DNA from: Candidatus Fervidifonticultor sextus
GTDB lineage: Bacteria > Sysuimicrobiota > Sysuimicrobiia > Sysuimicrobiales > Humicultoraceae
DNA: 64,000 nt
Reading direction: 5' to 3'
Assembly: GCA_031459875.1 (NCBI GenBank)
Contig: JAVKHQ010000015.1
Location: forward strand, 10,289-74,288
Shown here: positions 18,782-27,522 of the stretch, piece after piece
Numbering within the stretch: position 1 is the stretch's first letter
Layout: the number at the start of each line of letters is the position of its first letter
Translations under genes and position numbers: made by a program
The notes under the pieces: generated by a model
Seen by the model: only the letters and a program-made list of their open reading frames with translations
Databases searched by the model: none
What the model was told of the DNA's origin: nothing

Positions 18782-20212
18782 CTACGTGGCCCCCCATTTC
18801 TTCAGGTAGTCGCCGAAGAGGTCCTCGTCGGTGGGCACGTACTCCTGGACCGGGACGGCCAGCCACGTGTAGTTCAGGAAGTGCCGCCAGTTGATGTTGT
18901 CGCTGGTCATATTCCCGGCCCACGTCCCGCATCCCAGGCTCTCCGTCCACGGTTGCCCGCACGTCCATCCCCCGCTGTTCATCACGTGGGGCATGTTGCA
19001 GATCACGCGGCCCACCTTCGCCCGCAGGGCCAGTTGCTCCATGCGGTCCGCCCGGGCGGTGTGGATCGAGGCGGAGTGCCCGATCCCCGAGAACTGGAGG
19101 ATCCGATCGAGACGGTCCAGCATCTCGTCGAAGTCCCTCCACCTCCACACGGTCAGGACCAGGCTCAACTTCTCGCCGGAAAACCGGTCCTCGGGGCCGA
19201 TCTGCTCCCCGAGCACCATCAAGAACCGCGTGCCGGCGGGGATCGTGATCCCGGCGGCGCCCGCGATGACCTCCACGGCCCTCCCGATCACGTCGCGGTT
19301 CAGCGTCCGCCCGTCGGGCCACAGCGTCGTGCGCAGCCGCTCGCGTTCTTCGGTGGTGCACAGGTACCCGCCCTCGGCCCTGAGGGCCTCCATCATGCGG
19401 TCGTAGACGTCCTCGTGGATGGCGACGGCGTTCTCGGAGGAACACGATGTGGAGTTGTTGGCGGTCTTGGACCGTACGATCTTCTTGGCCGCGGCGACCA
19501 GATCGGCGGTCTCGTCCACGATGGACACCACGTTGCCCGCGCCCACAGTGTGGGCCGGCTTGCCGGCCGCGTAGACCACCTTGACCAGGGCGGCGCCCCC
19601 CGTGGCCACCACGAAGTCCACGTGGCGCATCAACTCCTGGGTCTTCTCGTTGGAGGGGTTCCGGATGCACTGGAACAGGTCGGGCGGCGCCCCGATGCGC
19701 GCCAGGGCGCGCCGCCCGATCTCCACGGTCTCGAAGGACGTGCGTCGGGTCCGGGGATGGGGGGAGCAGATCATGGCGTTCCTGGTCTTCAGCAGGCTGA
19801 GGCCGATGGTGCAGACCGTCCCCTCCGGGTTGGTCATGGGGACGACGTTGGCCACCACGCCGATGGGTTTGGCGTAGATCTTCAGGCCCCGGTCCGGGTC
19901 CTCGCGCACCAGCCCGCAGGTCTTCGCCCCGCGGAAGTCCCAGAGGGTCCCCCGGACTTTGTTCCGGACCTTGTTGACCTTGTCCTCGTAGACCCCGATC
20001 TTGCCTTCTTCGACGGCCAGCGCCGCCACGGCCCGGGCGTTGGCTTCCTTCTGCCACTCCCACCCCACGGCGGCGACCATCTCGTCCACCTGTTCCTGGG
20101 ACCAGTGCTCGATGGTCTCGAAGGCCCGTCTGGCCCGCCGGTACATCTCCTGGATGTCGTCCTCGGGGGCCTCTGCGGCATGCGTCTCTGTAGCGTCCCT
20201 AGGCAGCGTCAT
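18782..20212 (-). CDS. CoA-acylating aldehyde dehydrogenase (SauS/EutE-like)
   Basis: AKPIGVVANVVPMTNP, VATGG, VGAGN, catalytic TSCSSEN, SGEKLS, GHSASIH, LGCGTWAGN. Confidence 0.85.
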   Translation of the reverse strand: MTLPRDATETHAAEAPEDDIQEMYRRARRAFETIEHWSQEQVDEMVAAVGWEWQKEANARAVAALAVEEGKIGVYEDKVNKVRNKVRGTLWDFRGAKTCGLVREDPDRGLKIYAKPIGVVANVVPMTNPEGTVCTIGLSLLKTRNAMICSPHPRTRRTSFETVEIGRRALARIGAPPDLFQCIRNPSNEKTQELMRHVDFVVATGGAALVKVVYAAGKPAHTVGAGNVVSIVDETADLVAAAKKIVRSKTANNSTSCSSENAVAIHEDVYDRMMEALRAEGGYLCTTEERERLRTTLWPDGRTLNRDVIGRAVEVIAGAAGITIPAGTRFLMVLGEQIGPEDRFSGEKLSLVLTVWRWRDFDEMLDRLDRILQFSGIGHSASIHTARADRMEQLALRAKVGRVICNMPHVMNSGGWTCGQPWTESLGCGTWAGNMTSDNINWRHFLNYTWLAVPVQEYVPTDEDLFGDYLKKWGAT

Positions 20213-21060
20213 GAGGTGCGATCCTCCGGTTTCGGAACGGGTCGGTCCGGGATTCCATCGTAGTACCTGGGGCCCTGGAGGGAAAGGTCGAGGAGGTTCA
20301 CCATCTTCGTGGACGTCGACGCCCGCCAGGCCTTCTCGCGGGTCATCTCTTCGATGGCGTGGGCGGCGCAGCTGAACCCCCGGCAGAGAACACCGATCGC
20401 CCAGGCCGCCAGCGGGCTGAACCCCATGTCCATGAAGACCGAATTGGCACCACCGATGACGTTGGTGTAGACCCGTTTGCCGTTGATCCGCTCATAGGCT
20501 TTCTCGACCTCGATCTGCAGGTCGTGGAACCATCCGGTCAGCCCCAGTTCCCGGGCCTTCTTCATGATGCGGATGGCCCGCGGGTCGCCGTGGACGTGCT
20601 GGGGCTGCCCCAGGCCCATGATCCGCCGGCCCGCGTGTTCCTTCACGAGGATCTCAGCCGTCTGCTCTACGGTCCAGCCGGCTTCCTGAGCCCGCCGCCG
20701 GTACTCGTGGACCATCATGCCGTGCAGGTGGCCGGGGCCGTGGGCCTCGCCGAACGTCATGATTCCGGCCGCGATGGCCGCGTTCAGCGGGGGGCGCCCG
20801 GCGGCGCAGCTGCGCGCCGTGAGCGTGGACGGCGACATGGCGTGTTCCATGAACTCCACCATGAAGAAGTTCATCATCTTCTCTTCGTTGATGGAGGGGA
20901 GGCGGCCCTGAAAGAGGAGGAAGACCGCGGCCGCGAAACTCCACCCCGCTTCGGCCAGTTCCGTCGTGTCGTATCCGTGCAGGACGATCCTGTCGGCGGT
21001 CTTGTACGAAATGGCACTCTGCCAGTGAAACGGCTCGCGCTCGGTGGTGACCTCATCCAT
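20209..21060 (-). CDS. Citrate-synthase-fold protein (citryl-CoA lyase-like), catalytically divergent
   Basis: WQSAIS..IVLHGY, EHAMSPS, AIAAGIMTFGEAHG, MGLGQPQH..DPR, YTNVIGG. Confidence 0.75.
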   Translation of the reverse strand: MDEVTTEREPFHWQSAISYKTADRIVLHGYDTTELAEAGWSFAAAVFLLFQGRLPSINEEKMMNFFMVEFMEHAMSPSTLTARSCAAGRPPLNAAIAAGIMTFGEAHGPGHLHGMMVHEYRRRAQEAGWTVEQTAEILVKEHAGRRIMGLGQPQHVHGDPRAIRIMKKARELGLTGWFHDLQIEVEKAYERINGKRVYTNVIGGANSVFMDMGFSPLAAWAIGVLCRGFSCAAHAIEEMTREKAWRASTSTKMVNLLDLSLQGPRYYDGIPDRPVPKPEDRTS

Positions 21061-21145
21061 CTCGTCTCGCTTCTCCTTTGCTGGATGTCGTCCGGTCCTC
21101 TTGGGATGCTCTGCGACCGCTCCGCTTCGGGCGGGCGGTGTCCGG

Positions 21146-21718
21146 TCAGCTCGGCGTGCGCTCCACCTCCTCTCCGGCCGCATGGGGGAAGGCGATGCCC
21201 AGTTCCTGCATCGTCCTCCGGCACCGTTCCAGACGTGCCCCTCCGGTCGGCAGCCCGTGGAGGTAGCCGTCCAGGGCGTCGGCGTCCTTGAGGAGTTCCG
21301 CCAGGGAATCGTCCGATGTGACGCCTTTCTCGCTGTGCCTGGCCACGGCCTCCAGAATCCGGGACAGCTCCTCGTCGGTGATCGGAGGCAGGCCCGCCGC
21401 CAGGTCCCTGTGGTACCTGGCCAGGAACTCCCGAATGTGGGTTTCGGCCACTGCGGCGTGATCCGCCCGCCTCCCGGTCATGACGGTCCCCAGGTCGTGG
21501 AGCGCGGCGGCGATGCCGGCGAGTTCGGGGTCGAGCCCGCGGCGCATCGCCAGCAGTTTGGCCAGTTGCGAGCTCGAATACATGTGCATGATGCTCCAGC
21601 GTACCGGCAGCTCACGGTCGCGGTCGCTGAGGTCCCTCATGACCGCCAGCAGTCCCGAGAGGATCCGGTTGAGCCTCCTGACGGCGAGCCGGGCGGGGGG
21701 TGATGACGGGTCCTGCAT
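21146..21718 (-). CDS. HD-domain metal-dependent phosphohydrolase
   Basis: H...AALHD...HA...ARHS...LKDAD; RBS AGGAG. Confidence 0.82.
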   Translation of the reverse strand: MQDPSSPPARLAVRRLNRILSGLLAVMRDLSDRDRELPVRWSIMHMYSSSQLAKLLAMRRGLDPELAGIAAALHDLGTVMTGRRADHAAVAETHIREFLARYHRDLAAGLPPITDEELSRILEAVARHSEKGVTSDDSLAELLKDADALDGYLHGLPTGGARLERCRRTMQELGIAFPHAAGEEVERTPS

Positions 21719-21770
21719 CGTTTGTCTCCTCGACGGTCGCCCGCATTATGCAGGTCAGCCGCTCATAATG

Positions 21771-21812
21771 TCAAATAAGATAATCTTGGAAATTCATTAG
21801 ATTTTCTGAAAT
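21771..21812. promoter_or_regulatory. Probable LysR binding sites in divergent promoter region
   Basis: AT-rich island with imperfect dyads ATAAG-N5-CTTGG and ATTAG-N5-CTGAA between divergent HD and LysR genes. Confidence 0.55.
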
Positions 21813-21836
21813 CGGCGGACGTGGGGGTGACTCCGG

Positions 21837-22793
21837 ATGGGCGTCGGACGTCGGAGGCCGGGCCGGGACCTTCCCTTGGGGTCGCTGCGGACGTTTCACC
21901 TGGTTGCGGCCCACCAGAGCTTTAGCGCGGCCGCGGCTCACCTGGGGATCACGCAGCCGGCCGTCACGCAGCAGATCCGGCGCCTGGAGGAGGCGCTGGG
22001 GGTCCAGCTCTTCTACCGGGACGGTCGGAGGGTGGCCCTGACCGAGGTGGGCCTGACCCTCGAATCCTACGCCGGGCGCATCTTTCACCTGGTGGATGCC
22101 GCCCGGGACGCGCTGGAGGGCGCATCAGGCCTCCAGACTGGCCACCTGCGTGTGGGCGCCAGCCGCACCGCGGGCGCCTACTACGTGGCCGCCCTGCTGG
22201 ACCGGTTCAAACGGCGTTACCCGGGGGTCCGGGTCAGCCTCTCGGTGGGGAACTCCCAGACGATTCTGGCCGGCATCCAGGACTTCACCTTTCACGTCGG
22301 CCTTGTCGCCGGCGCCCCCGACGACCCGCGGCTGGCCTCGCTGCCTGTGATCCGCGACCGCATGGTGGTCGTCGTCCCGCGGGGGCACCGGCTGGCCGGT
22401 CGGCGCCGCCTGGCGGTGGAAGATCTGGTGGGGTGTCCGCTGGTCATGCGCGAGCCGGGGTCGAACACCCGCTCCCTCGCTGAGCGCGCCTTCCAGGCCC
22501 GCGGCGTGGCGGCGGACCCGGCGATGGAACTGGAGAGCAACGACGCCATCAAGCGCGCCGTGGCCGACGGCATCGGGATCGCGCTGATGGCCCGGGCGGC
22601 GGTGGCCCAGGACCTGGCCAGCGGGCGCCTGGTGGCCCGTCCGCTCCAGCCACCGCTGTACCTGGACTTCTCCCTGGTCTACCACCGCGATCGGCTGCCC
22701 TCACCCTTGCTGGCGGCCTTCCTGGCGCTGCTGCCGAAGCGTGCCGCGCGAGCCGGGCAGGGGAAGGCGCCGTCGCACCTCGTGGTAGACTAG
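21837..22793 (+). CDS. LysR family transcriptional regulator
   Basis: SFSAAAAHLGITQPAVTQQIRRLEEALGVQLF HTH; LVMREPGSNTR. Confidence 0.95.
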   Translation: MGVGRRRPGRDLPLGSLRTFHLVAAHQSFSAAAAHLGITQPAVTQQIRRLEEALGVQLFYRDGRRVALTEVGLTLESYAGRIFHLVDAARDALEGASGLQTGHLRVGASRTAGAYYVAALLDRFKRRYPGVRVSLSVGNSQTILAGIQDFTFHVGLVAGAPDDPRLASLPVIRDRMVVVVPRGHRLAGRRRLAVEDLVGCPLVMREPGSNTRSLAERAFQARGVAADPAMELESNDAIKRAVADGIGIALMARAAVAQDLASGRLVARPLQPPLYLDFSLVYHRDRLPSPLLAAFLALLPKRAARAGQGKAPSHLVVD

Positions 22794-22822
22794 AGGTGGA
22801 TCGACCGAAGGGAGGAGTGCGT

Positions 22823-24133
22823 ATGGGTCGACCGCCATGGTGGGGCGTCTTGCTCGTCCTCCTGCTCTTGGTCGCCGGGCTTCCAGGAGCGTTCGCCCAA
22901 CCCAAGACCACGATCACGATCTGGTATCCGGCTGGCGATATCACCGCCAGCGCGTTTCATTTCCGCGATCCGACCCTGTTCCTGCCGTTCGAAGTCGCCC
23001 ACAACGTCAAGGTGGAACCCGTGGCGCTGGTCTACGACACGATGCAGCAGAAGATCTTCGCGGCGGCTGCGGCCAGAGATGTCGCGGACATTCTCTTCGT
23101 GGACCAGTCGTGGGTACCGGGATTCCTCAAAGAGGACATGCTGGAGCCGGTGGACCCCGCCAAGGCCAGGCGGTGGCTGGACTCGGTGTCCCCGGAGATG
23201 GTGGAGCTGTCCGATTACGGCGGCGGGAAGATGTTTGGCTACCCCCAGTACGGCATCGACGTCTACGGGATCACGTGGAACAAGGCCCACTTCCGCGAGG
23301 CCGGGTTGGATCCCGAGCGGCCGCCCCAGACGTGGGATGAGCTGCGCGACTACGCCAAGCGGCTGACCGTCCGTGACGCGGCCGGGAACATCACCCGGGT
23401 CGGGTACGCCATTCGACACGTCGGGCATCCCCACGGCGTGGTGCACAAGCACCTATGGGCGATCTGGGCGGCCGGCGCCGATCTGGTGGACAACCCGCTG
23501 GCTCTCAAGGGCGGCCAGCCCAAGTTCAACAACCCTGCCGGTCGCGCGGCCCTCAAGCTCGTCCATGACATGATCTACGTGGACCGCTCGACGAGCCTGG
23601 CCTTCCCCGACCCGCGCGCGGCCTTCCTGCGGGGCATCGCCTCGATGCAGATCAGCGAGACCGTCAGCATCCGCGCCCGCCAGCCCCGCGAGGCGCCCGG
23701 CATGCCGTGGGGGACGGGATGGGGCACGGCCCTGCCGCCGGTGCCCAAGGCCGGCATGAGGCCGGTGACCAACCTCAACGCATGGATGTACACCGTACCC
23801 AGGCAGGCCAGGAACAAGGAGCTGGCCTGGAGGCTGATCGAGTGGGTCAACAGCGAGATCAAGGACTATGAGCTGGCCAAGCGGTTCGAGGCGACCCCGC
23901 GCTTCAAGGCCAACTGGGCCAAGGAACCGTTCAAGTCCGACTCCTACGCCCAGACCCTCCTGAAGATGTACCCCTATGGCCGCAAGTACCCCATCAACCT
24001 GGGCCTCAACGGCATCATGGACGCGCTGGGCGCCGCGATTCAGAACGCCTGGCACAACCGCATGTCCATCGAGGAGGCGCTTGCCCTGGCCGACCGCCAG
24101 GCCCGGCAGGCCATTCTTGACGCTGCCAAGTAG
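22823..24133 (+). CDS. ABC transporter substrate-binding protein (family 1, CUT1-like)
   Basis: Signal peptide; WNKAHFREAGLDPERPPQTWDEL; followed by two permeases. Confidence 0.9.
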   Translation: MGRPPWWGVLLVLLLLVAGLPGAFAQPKTTITIWYPAGDITASAFHFRDPTLFLPFEVAHNVKVEPVALVYDTMQQKIFAAAAARDVADILFVDQSWVPGFLKEDMLEPVDPAKARRWLDSVSPEMVELSDYGGGKMFGYPQYGIDVYGITWNKAHFREAGLDPERPPQTWDELRDYAKRLTVRDAAGNITRVGYAIRHVGHPHGVVHKHLWAIWAAGADLVDNPLALKGGQPKFNNPAGRAALKLVHDMIYVDRSTSLAFPDPRAAFLRGIASMQISETVSIRARQPREAPGMPWGTGWGTALPPVPKAGMRPVTNLNAWMYTVPRQARNKELAWRLIEWVNSEIKDYELAKRFEATPRFKANWAKEPFKSDSYAQTLLKMYPYGRKYPINLGLNGIMDALGAAIQNAWHNRMSIEEALALADRQARQAILDAAK

Positions 24134-24194
24134 CCCTGCCGGGCGCCTTGCCCCCCGCCTGTCCCGCGGAGCGACCCCCGGGGCAGGCGGGGGC

Positions 24195-25088
24195 GTCAGC
24201 AGGGTCCTCCGCCGAGCCTACCGTCGGCACTACTTCCACGCCTACCTGTTTGTCGCCCCGGTGCTGATTGCGTTTGGGCTGTTCCGGGTCTGGCCCGCTG
24301 TGCAGACGCTCTACTTCAGTCTCTTCAAAGTCGAGCTGCTGCGGGGCCAGCTGACATTTGTCGGATTGCAGAACTTCGCCGATCTGGTGGGGGACGCGAT
24401 CTTCCGGCAGGCGTTTGTCAACACCGTCATCTACGCGGCGGTCATCGTCCCCGTGGCGGCCGGCCTCGGATTGGGGCTGGCGGTCCTGTGCCACGAACCG
24501 TTCCGCGGCCGGGAGGTCCTCAAGGCCATCTACTTTGCCCCGATGGTGACCAGCACCGTCGCGGCGGCCATGGTCTGGTGGTGGCTCTACAACCCGCAGT
24601 ACGGCCTCTTCAACGTGTTCCTTCGGCTGCTGCACCTGCCGACGTCTTCGTGGTTGCTGTCCAGCACCATGGCCCTGCCTTCGATCATCCTCTTCAGTGT
24701 CTGGAAGACGCTGGGCTACAACATGGTGATCTACCTGGCAGGGCTCCAGGGAGTACCCCAGGAGTTCTACGAGGTGGCGACCCTCGACGGCGCCGGGGCC
24801 TGGCAGCGGTTCTGGCGCATCACGCTCCCGCTGCTGGCGCCGGTCACGGCCTTCATCCTCATCTACAACGGGATCTTCGCCTTTCAGGTCTTCGACCAGG
24901 TGTTCGTGCTCACGGGGGGCGGCCCGGCCAACTCCACCAACGTGGTGGTCCTGGAACTGTACCGGCAGGCGTTCCAGCGATACCGGTTCGGTTATGCCTC
25001 GGCTCAGGCCATGGTGCTCTTCCTGTTGATCCTCGGCATCACGCTCCTGCAGTTCCGCGTGAGCCGCCGGTACGAGGTGACCTACTGA
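24195..25088 (+). CDS. ABC transporter permease (CUT1-type); start codon uncertain
   Basis: YLFVAP, FVGLQNF, YLAGLQGVPQEFYEVATLDGA EAA loop; no canonical start directly upstream of the first TM segment. Confidence 0.85.
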   Translation, partial: VSRVLRRAYRRHYFHAYLFVAPVLIAFGLFRVWPAVQTLYFSLFKVELLRGQLTFVGLQNFADLVGDAIFRQAFVNTVIYAAVIVPVAAGLGLGLAVLCHEPFRGREVLKAIYFAPMVTSTVAAAMVWWWLYNPQYGLFNVFLRLLHLPTSSWLLSSTMALPSIILFSVWKTLGYNMVIYLAGLQGVPQEFYEVATLDGAGAWQRFWRITLPLLAPVTAFILIYNGIFAFQVFDQVFVLTGGGPANSTNVVVLELYRQAFQRYRFGYASAQAMVLFLLILGITLLQFRVSRRYEVTY

Positions 25089-25909
25089 TGGCGCGTCTGG
25101 CAGGACGCGCGATGGTCGTCGTGGTCCTGGCAGGCGGGGCCGTCGTCATGATCCTGCCCTTCTACTGGATGCTCGTGACGGCCGTCAGCCCGGCGCCGGA
25201 GATCACCGCCTTCCCGCCCCGCTGGGTCCCCAGCCGGATCGTCTGGGACCACTTCCGGGAGGCCTGGACGACCGCCCCCTGGCCGGTCTACTACAAGAAC
25301 AGCGCGGTGGTGGCCGTCGTCTCGGTGGGCTGCTCGATGTTCTTCGGACTATTCGCCGGCTACGCGTTCGCGGTCTACTCGTTCCCGCTCCAGACCCCCC
25401 TTTTTCTCCTCATCCTCGGCACCCTGATGGTCCCCGTCCAGGTGACGAGCGTCGCCCTCTATGTGTTGCTGGCCCGCTGGGGGCTGGTGGACACCTACAC
25501 CGGGATCCTCGCGCCGAACCTGGCCAGCGCGTTTGCGGTCTTCCTGATCCGTCAGGCGATCCGGTCGATTCCCATCGACCTGGTGGATGCGGCGCGCATG
25601 GACGGCGCCGGCGAGGTCCGGATCGTGCTCGGCATCGTGGCGCCCCTGATCAAGCCGGTGCTGGCCGCCGTGGCGATGATCCTCTTCCTCAACAGCTGGA
25701 ACGACTTCCTCTGGCCGGTCATTGTGATCAACTCGGAGCACATGCGGACCCTGCCGGTGGGCATCGCGCTCTTCAAGGACCCGTACGGGTTCATCAACTA
25801 CGGCCCGTTAATGGCGGCCACGGTGATCGCCGTCGCGCCCATGCTGGCAGCCTACGCCCTCTCGCAGCGTTTCATGATCCGCGGGGTGGCCCTCACCGGC
25901 ATGAAGTAG
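25088..25909 (+). CDS. ABC transporter permease (CUT1-type)
   Basis: ILPFYWM, IPIDLVDAARMDGA, FLNSWNDFLWP, TLPVGI. Confidence 0.92.
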   Translation: MARLAGRAMVVVVLAGGAVVMILPFYWMLVTAVSPAPEITAFPPRWVPSRIVWDHFREAWTTAPWPVYYKNSAVVAVVSVGCSMFFGLFAGYAFAVYSFPLQTPLFLLILGTLMVPVQVTSVALYVLLARWGLVDTYTGILAPNLASAFAVFLIRQAIRSIPIDLVDAARMDGAGEVRIVLGIVAPLIKPVLAAVAMILFLNSWNDFLWPVIVINSEHMRTLPVGIALFKDPYGFINYGPLMAATVIAVAPMLAAYALSQRFMIRGVALTGMK

Positions 25910-25960
25910 CCGTCGGGTGCGGCCGTCTCACATCCCAACGAAGCGGGGCTGCGCGGGCGC

Positions 25961-26431
25961 CTACTTGGAGTGCTTGTCGGCGACCTTGGTGGCGCCGTAG
26001 GCGTCGGGCTTGATGACCGCGGCGTAGCCGCTGCCGGAGACCATCCCGACGACTTCGCGGATGATCCGCTTGGTCTCGCCGTTGGGGCCCACGTCCAGGT
26101 GGATCTCCACCGGCAGCTTGGAATAGCCGTTGCGGGCCAGCTCGGTGGTGATCATGTGGGCCGTCTCAAGCGAGAGCGACGTCTCGAACAGGATCCGCTG
26201 CCGCAGGCTCTCGATCTTGCGGTTCCGGAACTTCCGGTAGAAGTACCGGCCGCCGTGGCCGACCCGGTGGACGATGACCGCGGTCACGAAGCTGGTATCA
26301 TCCGACAGCAGGGAGTCGGTGCCGATGATCAAATGGTAGGTCTGGTCGGGCTCGCTCTTCATGTACCCGACCAGTTGGCGGAACATCTGCTCGAATGTCA
26401 GTCTGCCCTGCGTTGGGCTGACGAACTCCAT
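25961..26431 (-). CDS. Ribonuclease H-like YkuK family protein
   Basis: IIGTDS, FVTAVIVHRVGHGG, EIHLDVG, IKPDAYGATKVADK. Confidence 0.88.
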   Translation of the reverse strand: MEFVSPTQGRLTFEQMFRQLVGYMKSEPDQTYHLIIGTDSLLSDDTSFVTAVIVHRVGHGGRYFYRKFRNRKIESLRQRILFETSLSLETAHMITTELARNGYSKLPVEIHLDVGPNGETKRIIREVVGMVSGSGYAAVIKPDAYGATKVADKHSK

Positions 26432-26531
26432 GCTGGTCGCCTCGCCGTTTCAGTATACTGCGCGTCCGTCTCGACAAACAAGGTGCGAGCGGCGAGCGCG
26501 AACAGGACGGTGCAGGAGGTCCCCCGCCTTC

Positions 26532-27128
26532 CTACAGATCCCGCCGGCCCTCCAGCGCCCGGGCCAGCGTCACCTCGTCGGCATATTCCAGGTCTCCCCC
26601 GACCGGCAGGCCGTGGGCGATGCGCGTCACCCGGACGCCGAGCGGTTTGAGCACGCGCGCCAGGTAGATCGCCGTCGCCTCGCCCTCGACCCGGGGGTTG
26701 GTGGCGATGATCACCTCGCGGACCGTTCCGGACTGCACGCGGGTCAGCAGGTCGGGGATCTTGAGATCATCAGGGCCGACCCCATCCAGGGGAGAGATAG
26801 CCCCGTGGAGGACATGATAGCGCCCCCGGAACTCCCGCGTGCGCTCCAGGGCGATGACGTCGCGCGGATCCTCGACGACACACAGGACGCCGGCGTCCCT
26901 GGCCGGGTCCGCGCAGATGGCGCACGGATCCACATCGGTGATGGTGAAGCACGTGGAGCAGTACCGCATCCGGGCTTTGACGTCCAGGATGGCGTCCGCC
27001 AGCGCCCGGACCTCCTCGGGCGGCAACCGCAGAATGTAGAAGGCCAGCCGCTGCGCCGTCTTGGGCCCCACGGTGGGCATCTTGGAGAGTTCGTCGATCA
27101 GGCGGGCGAGCGGCTCCGGGTAGTCCAT
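26532..27128 (-). CDS. recR: Recombination mediator RecR
   Basis: [13 protein letters not shown]4 zinc finger, [24 protein letters not shown]. Confidence 0.97.
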   Translation of the reverse strand: MDYPEPLARLIDELSKMPTVGPKTAQRLAFYILRLPPEEVRALADAILDVKARMRYCSTCFTITDVDPCAICADPARDAGVLCVVEDPRDVIALERTREFRGRYHVLHGAISPLDGVGPDDLKIPDLLTRVQSGTVREVIIATNPRVEGEATAIYLARVLKPLGVRVTRIAHGLPVGGDLEYADEVTLARALEGRRDL

Positions 27129-27158
27129 ACGCGTCGGACAGGCGGCGGTCGGCGCCGC

Positions 27159-27482
27159 TCAGGGGCCCAGCAGGCCGGGCATCTGGAGTCCGCCGGCAAT
27201 CTGGCGCATGCGGCGCTCGGCCAGCGCGCGGGCGTTGCGCTGGGCCTCGTTGACGGCGGCCAGCACCAGATCGGCCAGGAGCGCCACATCGGCTGGGTCC
27301 ACCACGGACGGGTCGATGTGCAGCTCCAGTAGTTCGCCGTGGCCGTTGGCGACCGCACGGACAACGCCGCCCCCGGCGGAGGCCTCGAGCTTCTCGGCAG
27401 CCAGTTCCTCCTGGATGCGGGCCATCTCGGCCTGCATTTTCTGCGCCTGCTTCAGCATCTTGTTCACATCGCCCATCCGCAC
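27159..27482 (-). CDS. ybaB: YbaB/EbfC nucleoid-associated protein
   Basis: KQAQKMQ, ASAGGG, DLVLAAVNEA; lies between dnaX and recR. Confidence 0.93.
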   Translation of the reverse strand: MRMGDVNKMLKQAQKMQAEMARIQEELAAEKLEASAGGGVVRAVANGHGELLELHIDPSVVDPADVALLADLVLAAVNEAQRNARALAERRMRQIAGGLQMPGLLGP

Positions 27483-27522
27483 GGGCGTGCCTCCTCCAGC
27501 ACAGGGGCGCGAGACCGGCGCG

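Noticed and set aside
21146..21718. HD protein as the PhnZ oxygenase
   Set aside because: Lacks PhnZ-type features I would expect (e.g. Y.GE.V...EH.LQ); looks like a generic HD hydrolase
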